A stretch of 64,000 nt of DNA from an uncultured delta proteobacterium (GCA_963716725.1 CAVQUB010000005.1:672001-736000); one strand, 5' to 3'. Positions 9,539 through 20,472 are shown, counted from the first letter of the stretch. Program-made: numbers and translations. Notes: a model not told the origin generated them from the letters alone.

Positions 9539-10708
9539 TCACGATCGTGGCGGCGCCTTCGAGCGGCGCATGCCCTTGAGCGTCGGCGTGCGTTTGGGTC
9601 CGACGGTCTCACGTTTGTCTGGGCTGGCCGTCCCCCGAGGGCCGGTCTTGCTCTTGGGTCGCACACTCGGAGTGACGCGCCCCGCGATACCCGGAGGGGT
9701 GCACCCGGGCTTCACCGTGGCCTTGTTCGCGTTCGAGATTGGGGCGGGGCCGTTCCGAAGCTCCAGACTCGGCCGGACCTTCGGCCGCAGTTCGTCGCTG
9801 TGGGAGACCCGCACCACCTCTTCGATGGTGATCCGCGGAGTGCTGGGGATGGAAACCTTGGGCATGCCCGCCGGTAGCGTCGGCGCGCGGCGGCTCGTGG
9901 AGTTGCGCGACAGCGGGGCGCGGTCCGGCGCCGCGACCCGCACCACCCTGCCCATCTCGTCGGGCCAGTTCACCTTCGGCGGCGGGTTTGCCGGGCGGGC
10001 CAGCAGGAAGCCCTGAGCCAGCTGAACGCCGAGATCGCGCAACGCCAGGAGTTCCCTCACCGTCTCGATGCCCTCGGCCACGACCTGACAGCCGAGGTCG
10101 CGACACAGCGCGACCATGTGCGCGACCACCGCACGCTGCCGCGGCTTCTGATCGATGTCGCGGATCAACGCCAGATCGAGCTTCACCACCGCAGGCTCGA
10201 GATCCAAGATGCGCGAGATGTTGGAGTAACCCGCACCGAAGTCGTCGATGACCAGGTGCGCGCCCGTCCGCGCGCAGAGCTCCTTGAGCACGCTCGTGCA
10301 GAGATCGAAGTGGCTGAAGGCGGCCGTCTCCGTGATTTCCAGATATACGCCCGAGTCGTGGAACCCGATGGGGTCGTCGGGCTGAATCAGCCAGCGTGAG
10401 CTCAGCTCGTCCGGGTGGATGTTCACGAACAAGGGGAGCGACGGTTGCTCTGAGAACGCCACGTCGCGGATCAACCGACCGAGGCGGCCCGTTGCTCGCT
10501 CAGCGACCGCGCGCGCGAAGAGCTCGAGGGGCGAGGCCAAGCTCGCGCGCTGGCACCGCACCAGCACCTCGTGAGCGAAGGTGACGCCCGTGCCCATGTC
10601 CACGATGGGCTGGTAGGCGACTTTGACGTCCTCGCGTCCGATCTCTCGCACGCCGGGAGTGACCGCGCTCAGCGCGTCGGACGTCCAGGTCAGCTTGGGT
10701 TTGGACAT
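9539..10708 (-). CDS. Stand-alone EAL-domain c-di-GMP phosphodiesterase with Pro/Arg-rich C-terminal tail
   Basis: YQPIV, EVLVR, FVN, LEITE, DDFGAGYS, VKLD, AEGIET, QGF. Confidence 0.9.
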   Translation of the reverse strand: MSKPKLTWTSDALSAVTPGVREIGREDVKVAYQPIVDMGTGVTFAHEVLVRCQRASLASPLELFARAVAERATGRLGRLIRDVAFSEQPSLPLFVNIHPDELSSRWLIQPDDPIGFHDSGVYLEITETAAFSHFDLCTSVLKELCARTGAHLVIDDFGAGYSNISRILDLEPAVVKLDLALIRDIDQKPRQRAVVAHMVALCRDLGCQVVAEGIETVRELLALRDLGVQLAQGFLLARPANPPPKVNWPDEMGRVVRVAAPDRAPLSRNSTSRRAPTLPAGMPKVSIPSTPRITIEEVVRVSHSDELRPKVRPSLELRNGPAPISNANKATVKPGCTPPGIAGRVTPSVRPKSKTGPRGTASPDKRETVGPKRTPTLKGMRRSKAPPRS

Positions 10709-10886
10709 GAGCCGGGAAGGGTACGCAGGCGCCGAAGGTGAATCAAGGCCCCTGGGTCTCGGTGGTCTCGGTCGATGCCGCTTTGCGTCGGCGAGGCGGG
10801 GGCCGCATGATGAGCACAGTCGAGTGCAGGAACGAGCAGCGGTATTGTCGACGGTTGCGTCGAGCGTTCCCGGGGGCGCGCCGGAC

Positions 10887-12188
10887 GTGGAGCCGTGGAT
10901 CGGGCTGCTGGTCGCCTTGGTCTTGGTGTTGGTGAACGGGTTTTTTGTCGCCGCGGAGTTCGCGCTGGTCAAGGTCCGACCGACCCAGATCGAGCCTTTT
11001 GTCGAGCGCGGTGAGCTGCGAGCCAAGGTCGCGCAGAACATGATCACTCACCTGGACGCCTACCTGTCCGCGACCCAGCTGGGCATCACCCTAGCGAGTC
11101 TCGCGCTCGGGTGGATCGGTGAGCCGGCGTTCGCGTGGTTGCTCGAGCCCGTTCTCTCTCGGATCCCCGGCATGACCCCAGCCTTGAACCACTCGGTGAG
11201 CCTCAGCGTTGCCTTCATCACCATCAGCGCCCTGCACATCGTGCTGGGCGAGCTCGCGCCCAAGTCGCTGGCCATCCGCAAGCCGGAGCCCACCACTCTC
11301 TGGGTGTCGCTCCCGCTCTACGCGTTTTACAAGCTCACCTATCCAGCAATCTGGGTCCTGAACCACGCGGCCAATGCGCTGCTCAGGCTGGTGGGCATCG
11401 AGCCGGTGAGCGAGGCGGACGGCGCGCAGGGGGAAGACGAGCTTCGGCGCCTGCTCGGCTCCAAGCACGCCGCGGGAATTTCCCACGCCAAGCGAGAGAT
11501 CATCGACAACGTCTTCGATCTCTCGCGCCGCACGGCCCGGCAGGTGATGGTGCCGCGCGCCGACGTGGTGTTTCTCAGCACGAAGAACTCGCTGGAGACC
11601 AACCTGAGCGCCGCCCGCGCCAGCGGCCACACGCGATTCCCGGTGTGCCACGGACAGCTCGACAGCGTCTTCGGGCTCCTCCACATCAAGGACCTGTTCC
11701 AGAGCGCTGCGCCCCCCGACTCCATAGAAGAGCTGGCTCGCGGGATTGACTGCGTCCCGGAGACGACGACGCTGGAAGCATTGCTCCGCCAAATGAGGAG
11801 TCGGCACGCCCACATGGCCGCAGTCGTCGACGAGCACGGCGGCGTCAGCGGCATCATCACTCTCGAAAACGTGATCGAGGAGATAGTCGGTTCCATCGAG
11901 GACGAGTTCGATCAGGAGCTGCCCGAGGTCGTGCAGCTGACCCCCGGTGTCTATCGCGTGGCGGGCAAGGTCTTGGTCCAGGATCTCGAGCGCGAGATCG
12001 GGATCGAGCTCAGCGATCGGGACGAGGACACGATCGGCGGGGTCGTGTTGAGTGAGATCGGACGCAGCCCCAAGGTTGGCGACCAGGCCACCCTCGGCTC
12101 GGTTCGTTTCGAGGTGCTCGTGGCCCGAGCGCACCGGATCCTCTGGCTCGAGGTGCGGGTCACGCCCGGTGAAGAACCTGGTCGCTGA
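10887..12188 (+). CDS. Hemolysin-family/CNNM (DUF21-CBS-CorC) membrane protein
   Basis: NGFFVAAEFALV, QLGIT, GELAPK, CBS pair, VDEHGG, CorC-type C-terminus; GTG start 10887. Confidence 0.92.
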   Translation: MEPWIGLLVALVLVLVNGFFVAAEFALVKVRPTQIEPFVERGELRAKVAQNMITHLDAYLSATQLGITLASLALGWIGEPAFAWLLEPVLSRIPGMTPALNHSVSLSVAFITISALHIVLGELAPKSLAIRKPEPTTLWVSLPLYAFYKLTYPAIWVLNHAANALLRLVGIEPVSEADGAQGEDELRRLLGSKHAAGISHAKREIIDNVFDLSRRTARQVMVPRADVVFLSTKNSLETNLSAARASGHTRFPVCHGQLDSVFGLLHIKDLFQSAAPPDSIEELARGIDCVPETTTLEALLRQMRSRHAHMAAVVDEHGGVSGIITLENVIEEIVGSIEDEFDQELPEVVQLTPGVYRVAGKVLVQDLEREIGIELSDRDEDTIGGVVLSEIGRSPKVGDQATLGSVRFEVLVARAHRILWLEVRVTPGEEPGR

Positions 12189-12322
12189 CGCGCAGAGCGC
12201 CCGAGCCTCAGCTTCGCGTGGAACGTCGGTGGGCCCGGAACCAGCGCTGATTTCCGGAACCGGCGACTCCGTGGACGCACGGTTGCTTTTCCCCCATTGT
12301 CTCGGCGGCGGAGGCCACGCAG

Positions 12323-13240
<918 letters not shown>

Positions 13241-13264
13241 GGGCTCGAAGCGCGCGCGGCGCCT

Positions 13265-13585
13265 CTACTTCTTGCGCGACGACTTCTTCGCAGCGGGCTT
13301 CTTCGCAGCGGGCTTCTTCGCAGCGGGCTTCTTCTTGCCGGGCACCTGCGCGAGGGCGCTCGCCGCGGCAGTTCTGCCGGCCGGGCTGGTGACCGTGCGG
13401 GCGAGTGCTCGCCCCGCCGCGCTCGCGGCCTTCGAACCGGTGCGCGCAGGGCGTCCGGTCTGAGAAAGCGCGCTGCCGGCCGCGATCTTCGCCGCCTTTG
13501 TCGCCTTCGGGTTGCGCAGCGTCTTCGATGCAGCGCTGGCTGCTTGCCCGTGGGTACGCCCCGTCCTCGCCTTTGCTCGTGCCAT
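13265..13585 (-). CDS. Small very basic protein with histone H1-like (KPAAK)3 tail
   Basis: 106 aa MARAKART...; two internal repeats; TAGTGT -10-like box 7 nt before ATG. Confidence 0.7.
   Translation of the reverse strand: MARAKARTGRTHGQAASAASKTLRNPKATKAAKIAAGSALSQTGRPARTGSKAASAAGRALARTVTSPAGRTAAASALAQVPGKKKPAAKKPAAKKPAAKKSSRKK
13283..13333. repeat. 15-bp tandem repeat x3 (encodes PAAKK on minus strand)
   Basis: CTTCTTCGCAGCGGG x3 plus a partial copy. Confidence 0.9.
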
Positions 13586-13699
13586 GTGCCGGACACTAGC
13601 AACGTCGTCGCGCCAAGGTCCAGCAGTCCCGCCCGATGTGCGCTCACCCCTGTCGGAGGCGGGGTGGCGGCAGGTCCCCAGCAAGCGTAAGGTCGTGGC

Positions 13700-14998
13700 A
13701 TGCGCCGCGCGGTGTTCGTCCTCGTCGTGACCGGGGGTCTGACGCCGGCGTGCGCCGCGTTCGACGGCGCCGAGGAGCTCTTGCCGACCTCCGACGCCGG
13801 CGCCGACGGATCCTTCGGCGGGACTGGGGTATCGGGCAACGCGGGTTGGCCCGGCACGGGCGCCGCTCCGGCCGGAGGAACGTCGGGAAACGGAGCCACC
13901 GGCGGAGGCGGGACGACCAGCGGAGGCGGCACGACCAGCGGAGGCGGCACGACCAGCGGAGGCGGCACGACCAGCGGAGGCGGCACGACCAGCGGAGGCG
14001 GCACGACCAGCGGTGGCGGCACGACCAGCGGTGGCGGCACGACCAGCGGTGGCGGCACGACCAGCGGTGGCGGCACGACCAGCGGTGGCGGCGGCGCTCC
14101 GCCTCAGTGCACCGGGAACGCCGATTGTGCCGATGGCAATCCGTGCACGAACGAGATCTGCTCCGCCGGGAAATGCGGCAAGACCTTGGTGGCCTCGGGC
14201 ACGGCGTGCGGGAACAATACCGTCTGCGATGGCGCCGAGACCTGCGACGGGAGCGGCAATTGCAAGGCGGGTGCTCCGCCTCAGATCAACGACAACAACG
14301 CGTGTACCGTGGACAGCTGCGACCCCGTGAGCGGGGTGAAGCACACGCCGGTCAACGTCAACGACAACGATGCGTGCACGACTGACAGCTGTAACCCCCA
14401 GACCGGGGTCATCTCCCACGTTCCGGTCAATGTCGACGACGGCAACTCCTGCACCGTCGACAGCTGCGACCCGGTCACCGGTGTCAAGCACCAGGCGGTT
14501 TCCTCCATCAGCCAGTGCGGGCTGTCGTGTCCGAGCGGCTACCACCCGAGCTCGTACAGCTACTCGAGCGGGTGCGGCGGCAGCTGCTGCTCCAACAATC
14601 ACGCCACTTGCGCTCACAATTGCGGCACGTCGTTCAGCCAGTGCGGGTTGTCGTGTCCGAGCGGCTACCACCCGAGTTCGTACAGCTACTCGACCGGGTG
14701 CGGCGGTAGCTGCTGCTCCAACAACTCGGGCACCTGCCAGGCGGACAGCGGGACCTTCTCCCAGTGCGGGCTCTCGTGCCCATCGGGTTGGCACCCGACC
14801 TCGTACAACTACTCCAGTTCCTGCGGTGGCAGCTGCTGCTCCAACAACTCCGCCAGCTGTGCGCCCAATACCGGAACCACGTTTTCGCAGTGTGGGACCT
14901 CGTGCCCGTCGGGGTACGTCGCGCAGTCCTACAACTACTCGAGCTCGTGTGGCGGCAGCTGCTGCTCCAACAACTCCGCCAGCTGCAAGAAGATCTGA
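13700..14998 (+). CDS. Cys-rich lipoprotein: Gly/Thr/Ser linker, Dictyostelium-like DDxNxCTxDSC repeats, four C-terminal 6-Cys repeats
   Basis: Signal ending TPAC; (GGGTTS)10; 3x D-N-CT-DSC-P--G; 4x SQCG.SCPSG......Y.YS..CGGSCCSNN...C. Confidence 0.85.
   Translation: MRRAVFVLVVTGGLTPACAAFDGAEELLPTSDAGADGSFGGTGVSGNAGWPGTGAAPAGGTSGNGATGGGGTTSGGGTTSGGGTTSGGGTTSGGGTTSGGGTTSGGGTTSGGGTTSGGGTTSGGGTTSGGGGAPPQCTGNADCADGNPCTNEICSAGKCGKTLVASGTACGNNTVCDGAETCDGSGNCKAGAPPQINDNNACTVDSCDPVSGVKHTPVNVNDNDACTTDSCNPQTGVISHVPVNVDDGNSCTVDSCDPVTGVKHQAVSSISQCGLSCPSGYHPSSYSYSSGCGGSCCSNNHATCAHNCGTSFSQCGLSCPSGYHPSSYSYSTGCGGSCCSNNSGTCQADSGTFSQCGLSCPSGWHPTSYNYSSSCGGSCCSNNSASCAPNTGTTFSQCGTSCPSGYVAQSYNYSSSCGGSCCSNNSASCKKI
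13904..14093. repeat. 18-bp coding tandem repeat x10 (GGGTTS)
   Basis: GG(A/T)GGCGGCACGACCAGC units; early copies use GGA, later copies GGT. Confidence 0.95.
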
Positions 14999-15116
14999 GC
15001 GAGTAGAGGCGCGTGGCGCCGACCCCGCCTCGACGACGAGCCCCCGGGGCGCCGAAGCTCCGAAATACGAGCCCTCACCCCTACCGCTTCGAGCCGTATT
15101 GCCCCCAGAATGAGCT

Positions 15117-17096
15117 GTGGCCGAGACTCTCCCCCTGCCGCCGGATCTCGCGCAGACCCTCGAGGCCTGCATGCGCACGCTCTCGGCCGACGTTAGCGCG
15201 GGTGTGGAGCGAAACCCGAACTCCACCATCACGCCTGCCCAGCACACGCCTGATCCCGAGATGGCCGCCGCCATCGAGCTGTTGCGTCAGATGGGCCCGG
15301 AGCTCGGGGCCGACAAGGCTCTCGACATCGAGGGCACCCTCGGGGAGGGCGGCATGGGCGTCGTTCGACTCGCGACGCAACGCTCCGTCGGGCGCAAGGT
15401 CGCGCTGAAGACCCTGCGCGACGGCATCGACTCGAAGACCGCTGCGGCAAAACTGCTGTACGAGGGTTGGACGACGGGGGCCCTCGAACACCCGAACGTT
15501 GTGCCCGTTTACGACGTGGGCACGAGCAAGAACGGCACGCCCTTCATCGTGCTCAAGCGAATCGAAGGCGAGCACTGGGGTCAGATCATGACCAACGCCG
15601 CCGCCGTCGAGGAGCGCTTCGGCGTAACCAACCTCGTGGAATGGAATCTCCGCACGCTGATGCAGGTGTGCAACGCCGTGCATTTCGCCCACCGTCGCGG
15701 CATCGTGCACCGGGATCTGAAACCCGAGAACGTGATGATCGGCCAGTTCGGCGAGGTCTACGTCGTGGACTGGGGCATCGCCGTGAGCCTCCGCGACGAC
15801 GAGGGCGGGCGCCTGCCGCTGGCTTCGCGCACCACGCGACTGGCCGGCACTCCCTGCTACATGCCGCCGGAGACCATCGCCGAAGAGATCGGGCCCATCG
15901 CTGAGGTCTCGGACGTGTACCTGCTCGGAGCGGTGCTCTTCGAGATCCTCACGGGGCACCCGCCCCACGAAGGCTCCGAGCTGGTGGCCATCCTCGCCAG
16001 CGTGCTCATCAGCGACCCGCAGCTGCCCGACGAAGTCCCCAAAGAGCTGGCGCGGATCTGCACCCAGGCCATGGCGCGTCGGCAAGCGGACCGCTTCGCG
16101 ACCGCCGAGGATTTCCGCCTCGCCCTCCAGGACTACCTGAGTCACGCCGGATCCGTTCGGCTGGCGGCTGGCGCCGAGCAGAGCCTCGAGCGACTGCGCG
16201 CCGCCACGGCGGGCTCGACCGACGGCCTGGAGCGGACCCACCTCTACGACCTGCTGGGCGAGTGTCGCTTCGGATTTCGGTCGGCCTTGCAGGCTTGGTC
16301 TGGGAACGACGATGCGCGGCGAGGTCTGGCCGCGGCCATCGCGGCGATGACCAAGTACGAGCTCTCGCGCGGCGACGCCCGGTCGGCTCAGCTGCTGCTC
16401 TCCGAACTCGAGGAGCGTCCGGAGGATCTGGCCCGGCAGGTCGCGCGCGCGCTCCGCGAACAGGAGCAGGCCGAGCGCAAGGCGGAGGAGCTCCGCCAAC
16501 TGGGCGCGAGCCTGGATCCGACTGTCGGCCGGCGGACGCGGGTCGCAGCCGGCAGCATCTTGGGGGTGTTCTGGACCGCAGCCCCCATCATCGGGCACTA
16601 CTCGATGAACGGTGGGCGCGACCTGACCTCGAGATCTGCGCTGATCTTGGACGCGAGCGTATTCCTGATCATGGGCGCGCTCTTCATCTGGGCGCGCGAC
16701 TCGCTCACGCGCAGCGTGTTCAATCGTCGAGTGAACTCGACAGTGGCGGTGGCGATGTTGCTGAAGACCAGCATCGACCTGTGGGTGATGTGGCAGGAGA
16801 GACCGCCCGAAGAAGGCTTGCGTGCCGCGGTCTTGCTCTTCAGCGCCGTGGCAGCGGTTACGGCGATCCACCTCGGTTGGAAGCTACTGCCGCTGGCATT
16901 CGCCTACCTCGGCGTCGTCGCGCTTTCCGAGCTCGTGCCGGGCTCGATCTTACTGGGACTCTCTGGTGCCAACTTGGTGCTCACCCTGTGCATGCTGTGG
17001 ATTTGGCTGCCCAATCGGCGTTTGGGACGCGGCTTTTGGGGCGACGAGTCGCCGGAAGTCGAGAGCGCTCGCGGCGGGGATAGAGGCGGCGGGTAG
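15117..17096 (+). CDS. Hanks-type Ser/Thr protein kinase with C-terminal multi-TM domain
   Basis: GEGGMG, VALK, HRDLKPEN, DWG, GTPCYMPPE; about 5-6 hydrophobic helices at C-terminus. Confidence 0.92.
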   Translation: MAETLPLPPDLAQTLEACMRTLSADVSAGVERNPNSTITPAQHTPDPEMAAAIELLRQMGPELGADKALDIEGTLGEGGMGVVRLATQRSVGRKVALKTLRDGIDSKTAAAKLLYEGWTTGALEHPNVVPVYDVGTSKNGTPFIVLKRIEGEHWGQIMTNAAAVEERFGVTNLVEWNLRTLMQVCNAVHFAHRRGIVHRDLKPENVMIGQFGEVYVVDWGIAVSLRDDEGGRLPLASRTTRLAGTPCYMPPETIAEEIGPIAEVSDVYLLGAVLFEILTGHPPHEGSELVAILASVLISDPQLPDEVPKELARICTQAMARRQADRFATAEDFRLALQDYLSHAGSVRLAAGAEQSLERLRAATAGSTDGLERTHLYDLLGECRFGFRSALQAWSGNDDARRGLAAAIAAMTKYELSRGDARSAQLLLSELEERPEDLARQVARALREQEQAERKAEELRQLGASLDPTVGRRTRVAAGSILGVFWTAAPIIGHYSMNGGRDLTSRSALILDASVFLIMGALFIWARDSLTRSVFNRRVNSTVAVAMLLKTSIDLWVMWQERPPEEGLRAAVLLFSAVAAVTAIHLGWKLLPLAFAYLGVVALSELVPGSILLGLSGANLVLTLCMLWIWLPNRRLGRGFWGDESPEVESARGGDRGGG

Positions 17097-17148
17097 AAAC
17101 GCCGCCAACTTCCCGGACCCTGTCCGACGCCGCACAGCCCCGCGCTCG

Positions 17149-17781
17149 TTACTGCTTCGCGCTCTTCTGCTTTTTCTTCTTGGCGGCCCAGATCTTCTCG
17201 GACCGATCACGCGATCCGATCACGGCTTCGTCGGCGGCGTAGGAGGCCTCCCCCGTCACCACCGAGCCCGGCACGGGAAGCTTCGACACGATCAAGAGCT
17301 CGAGGTTGAGCTGGGTGTTGTCGTCGTCGATCTCTTTGATGCGCCACCACGCGTCCAATCGAGAAACGTTGCCCTTGATCATGTGGCCTTCGAGCACCTC
17401 CTCGCCGTCGACCGACTTGATGGGGCCGAAGCGCACGACGGCCCACACCTTCGCCGCGCCCTTGAGGATCGGGACCTGAAGGTAGACGTCGGTGTTCTTG
17501 CCGTCGCGTCCCACGACCTTCGACTTGTCGAACTTGCCGATGAACTTGGAGTAGTTCTTGAAGTCGGTGACGACCTTGCGCAGCTCCGATTTCGGCGTCG
17601 CCACGTGCACGCGCGCTGCGCCCGCCTTCGTGCTGCTGTGCGCCGTCTTGACCTGGTACCGCTCCGAATCACGGAGCTTCATCAAGCGCTTCGCCTCATC
17701 TGTGGGCTCGGCTGCGGCGGTTGGAACGCTCAGCGCGAGGGCGAGGCCCGCGACGGAGACGAGGAGTGTGCGCCAGCGCAT
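17149..17781 (-). CDS. Exported SRPBCC/START-like (cyclase/dehydrase) domain protein
   Basis: Signal peptide MRWRTLL...AAA; VVTDFKNYSKFI motif, GNV, C-terminal helix. Confidence 0.65.
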   Translation of the reverse strand: MRWRTLLVSVAGLALALSVPTAAAEPTDEAKRLMKLRDSERYQVKTAHSSTKAGAARVHVATPKSELRKVVTDFKNYSKFIGKFDKSKVVGRDGKNTDVYLQVPILKGAAKVWAVVRFGPIKSVDGEEVLEGHMIKGNVSRLDAWWRIKEIDDDNTQLNLELLIVSKLPVPGSVVTGEASYAADEAVIGSRDRSEKIWAAKKKKQKSAKQ

Positions 17782-17919
17782 CGTCCCCAGTATGCCTCCC
17801 CACGAAGCCGAGCCAAACGGGAGCGGCATCCCGTCAGTGATTCTCGGTGGTTGAGGCGGCGCAGCAGACGAAGCCGCGCTCGGAATGCGCCGGCGCGAGG
17901 CATGCGCGCCGCACGCGGT

Positions 17920-18312
17920 TCACCACTCGTCGATCTTCAGGTATTCCGCCGCCTGGCGATCGGACGACTCCTCGTGCTTGGAGAACCACGAGTGCAGCGT
18001 GTCCGCCAGCACCCCCATCAGCTCGCTGCTGGAGTCGTCGCCCCGCGCGCGCATCGCCCGGATCCTCTCCAAGAACGAAGCGTGCTCTTGGCGATGCCCG
18101 ATGATGCCCGGATACCCCCCGCGGTCCATCAGCCGCTCTTCGAGGGCGAAGTGCTGCCCAAAGTCCCCGAGCAGCGCGTCCAGCAGCGTTCCCGCGGCGG
18201 GCTCGCTTCCTCCCAAACTGCGCCTCAGCTGCTTGATCCCATCAGCGAGGTAGCGGTGCTGCGCTGCGACGCCTTGGGGAAGCCCGCGGCGTTCGGGGAC
18301 CTCGTCGTTCAT
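17920..18312 (-). CDS. Hemerythrin-family protein
   Basis: QH, HFALEERLM, YP, HRQEH, WFSKHEESSD iron-ligand pattern. Confidence 0.85.
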   Translation of the reverse strand: MNDEVPERRGLPQGVAAQHRYLADGIKQLRRSLGGSEPAAGTLLDALLGDFGQHFALEERLMDRGGYPGIIGHRQEHASFLERIRAMRARGDDSSSELMGVLADTLHSWFSKHEESSDRQAAEYLKIDEW

Positions 18313-18357
18313 ACAGCGCCAGTTTCGCTCCAGGACGCCTGCCCGGTCAACGAACAC

Positions 18358-18567
18358 TTAGTCGTTGAGCCCCGCCAAGATATCGGCCGGTGGGGGCCAC
18401 TGCGCTTCGGTCGCCGGGTCGAGCCAGTCCATGCCGAAGTCGTGGCCGTTCTCACAGCGGTAGCGGTCGGTTTCATCGCCTTCATAGATCCGTTGGGCGC
18501 GGGTCAGCACTCGATCGTCGAGGCAGACCATGCAGGCGACCACTCGAGCGAACTCTCCACCGGCCAT
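18358..18567 (-). CDS. Small zinc-ribbon-like protein (69 aa)
   Basis: MAGGEFARVVACMVC...YRCENGH..., CxxC-x22-CxxxH. Confidence 0.6.
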   Translation of the reverse strand: MAGGEFARVVACMVCLDDRVLTRAQRIYEGDETDRYRCENGHDFGMDWLDPATEAQWPPPADILAGLND

Positions 18568-18685
18568 GCCAACACATACCTCGAATCGGCCCGCGCCCGG
18601 AAGGCAGTCTGGCCCCGGAAGCGCGCGTCCGCAGAATCTGCGTGCGCCGACTCCGGGTGTCGTCATCATGGTATGAGCTCTTCCC

Positions 18686-19513
18686 ATGAAGACGCGCATT
18701 GCCGGCATTGCCGTGATGGTTCTTGCCGCGTGTGGAGGCCCACCGGCGGAGCCAGCAGCGGCCCCCGCTGCACCCGCAACGCCCGAGCCTCCCGGGACGG
18801 CGAAGCCGGCGGAGTCGGCGTCGCCTCCCGCAGAGCTGACGCCCCCGTCCGAGTCGGCGCCCGAGCCGATGGGCAAGATCGAAGAGCCTCCGCCGGGATC
18901 GCCGCGCGAGAAGCTGATGCGCGCGCACTTCAAAGAGACGGAGCTGATCCGCGCCGCGATCATCACCGGAAAGCTGAACAACGCGGTGGCTCCTGCCAAG
19001 GCGCTCACCAACACGGAAGGCATGGGAAAGATCCCGCCGAAGGGCGAGCCCGCGGTGGAGCTGATCAAGGCGGCGTCGGGTCGGATCGGCAACAGCCCGG
19101 ACGCGCCCGCGGTCGCCGCTGCCACCGCAGACATCGGAGTCGCCTGTGGCAACTGCCATCGGTCCACCAACGGTCCCAAGCTGCAGGTCGGCAAGCCGCC
19201 GGCGGCTGGAACCACGGTGGCGAGCCGTATGGCGCGCCACGTGTGGGCGACGGACCGTCTCTGGGAAGGACTCTACGTGCCGTCCGATGCCGCTTGGGCC
19301 GCAGGGGCCGATGCACTCGGGGGCGATGCGTTCCCCGAAGAGGTGCGCAAGAAGGGCGGCGTGCACGGGCGCGCCGCCGCGGATCGTCTCGCGACGCTGG
19401 TCGCGACTGCGGGCAGCAAGAAGACCCCCGCGGACCGCGCCGCGGTCTACGCGTCGATGCTCGAGACTTGCGCCGCGTGTCACGGCGTGATGGGCGGCGG
19501 GCAGAAGAAGTAG
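18686..19513 (+). CDS. Di-heme c-type cytochrome lipoprotein (two helical-bundle-like halves)
   Basis: Lipobox LAAC, Pro-rich linker, CGNCH and CAACH, each at the end of a helical repeat. Confidence 0.8.
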   Translation: MKTRIAGIAVMVLAACGGPPAEPAAAPAAPATPEPPGTAKPAESASPPAELTPPSESAPEPMGKIEEPPPGSPREKLMRAHFKETELIRAAIITGKLNNAVAPAKALTNTEGMGKIPPKGEPAVELIKAASGRIGNSPDAPAVAAATADIGVACGNCHRSTNGPKLQVGKPPAAGTTVASRMARHVWATDRLWEGLYVPSDAAWAAGADALGGDAFPEEVRKKGGVHGRAAADRLATLVATAGSKKTPADRAAVYASMLETCAACHGVMGGGQKK

Positions 19514-19536
19514 GCGTCAGCCTGCCGGACGAGGCG

Positions 19537-20409
19537 TCAGGGCCCGCGCTCGGACAGCACCTGACCGAGCTTCGCGGGGTCGTCGCTCATGATGCCGTGC
19601 GTGCCGAGGTCGAGCAAGCGCTCCATCTCTTCGCGATCGTTGACGGTCCAAGCGTGCAGCCGCAAGCCCAGGCGCTTGGCGCGAGCCACCGACTCTGCGT
19701 TGACGGAGCTCGCGGGCGGCTGCACGAGGCGGGTGGGCGCCTGGTAGTCTCTCTCGCTCTCGTCAGTCAAAGAACTCAGGGCCAGCATCTCGCCCAGCCC
19801 CATGCCCGTGAGTACGTCCGGGCGTTTCTGGCGAACCTCCTGCACGATCGCGTCCGAAAACGCGACCACCACTGCCCGCGAGGCGGCGCCCTTGGCATCG
19901 AGCACCTCGAGGACTTCATCGACGATGCTCGGTGAGCTCTGCTTGATCTCGATGGACCACCACGCCTGGGGATGCGCGTCGAGCACTTCGGCCAAGGTTG
20001 GCACCGTGACGCCCTGGCCCCGCGAGGGAAATGTCGCGCCGCCGTCGGTCGTGAAGTCGTAGCCCGCGTCGAGCTCCTTCACTTCCTTCAGGGTCAGGGC
20101 ATGCACGGGCCCGGTGCCGTTGGTGGTGCGATCCACCGTCGCGTCGTGCAGACAGACTATCGTGCCGTCCGAGGTCGAATGCACGTCGAGCTCGAGTATG
20201 TCTGCCCCGAGGGCAGCTGCGTTTCCGAACGCCGACAAGGTCTCTTCTGGCCTGAGCGCGCCGCCCCCGCGGTGCGCTATCAGGAGCGGGGCCCCGCACA
20301 GCAGGCGGTTGTCGGCGGGGCTGCAGGTGGCCTGCTGGTCTGCGGCGGTGTCGTCGCCACAGCCGGTGAGCGCGAGCGCGAACAGCGCGACCAGGAGCCT
20401 CGGGGCCAT
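19537..20409 (-). CDS. Glycerophosphodiester phosphodiesterase lipoprotein
   Basis: Lipobox LTGC; AHRGG, PEET, ELDV, HDATVDRTT, IEIK, WTVN. Confidence 0.92.
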   Translation of the reverse strand: MAPRLLVALFALALTGCGDDTAADQQATCSPADNRLLCGAPLLIAHRGGGALRPEETLSAFGNAAALGADILELDVHSTSDGTIVCLHDATVDRTTNGTGPVHALTLKEVKELDAGYDFTTDGGATFPSRGQGVTVPTLAEVLDAHPQAWWSIEIKQSSPSIVDEVLEVLDAKGAASRAVVVAFSDAIVQEVRQKRPDVLTGMGLGEMLALSSLTDESERDYQAPTRLVQPPASSVNAESVARAKRLGLRLHAWTVNDREEMERLLDLGTHGIMSDDPAKLGQVLSERGP

Positions 20410-20472
20410 CACGCCGAGCTTGCACCGAATCGCGGCTTCGGTCGACGCTCGCTTTCGACGAGCCTCGAGGGA

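Noticed and set aside
10887..12188. Hemolysin as a toxin
   Set aside because: DUF21-CBS-CorC proteins are Mg2+/metal transport-related; the name is historical
13904..14093. Regular repeats as possible CRISPR arrays (also 31072-31212, 40354-40416, 54995-55115)
   Set aside because: Head-to-tail units without unique spacers, mostly encoding Gly linkers; no cas genes
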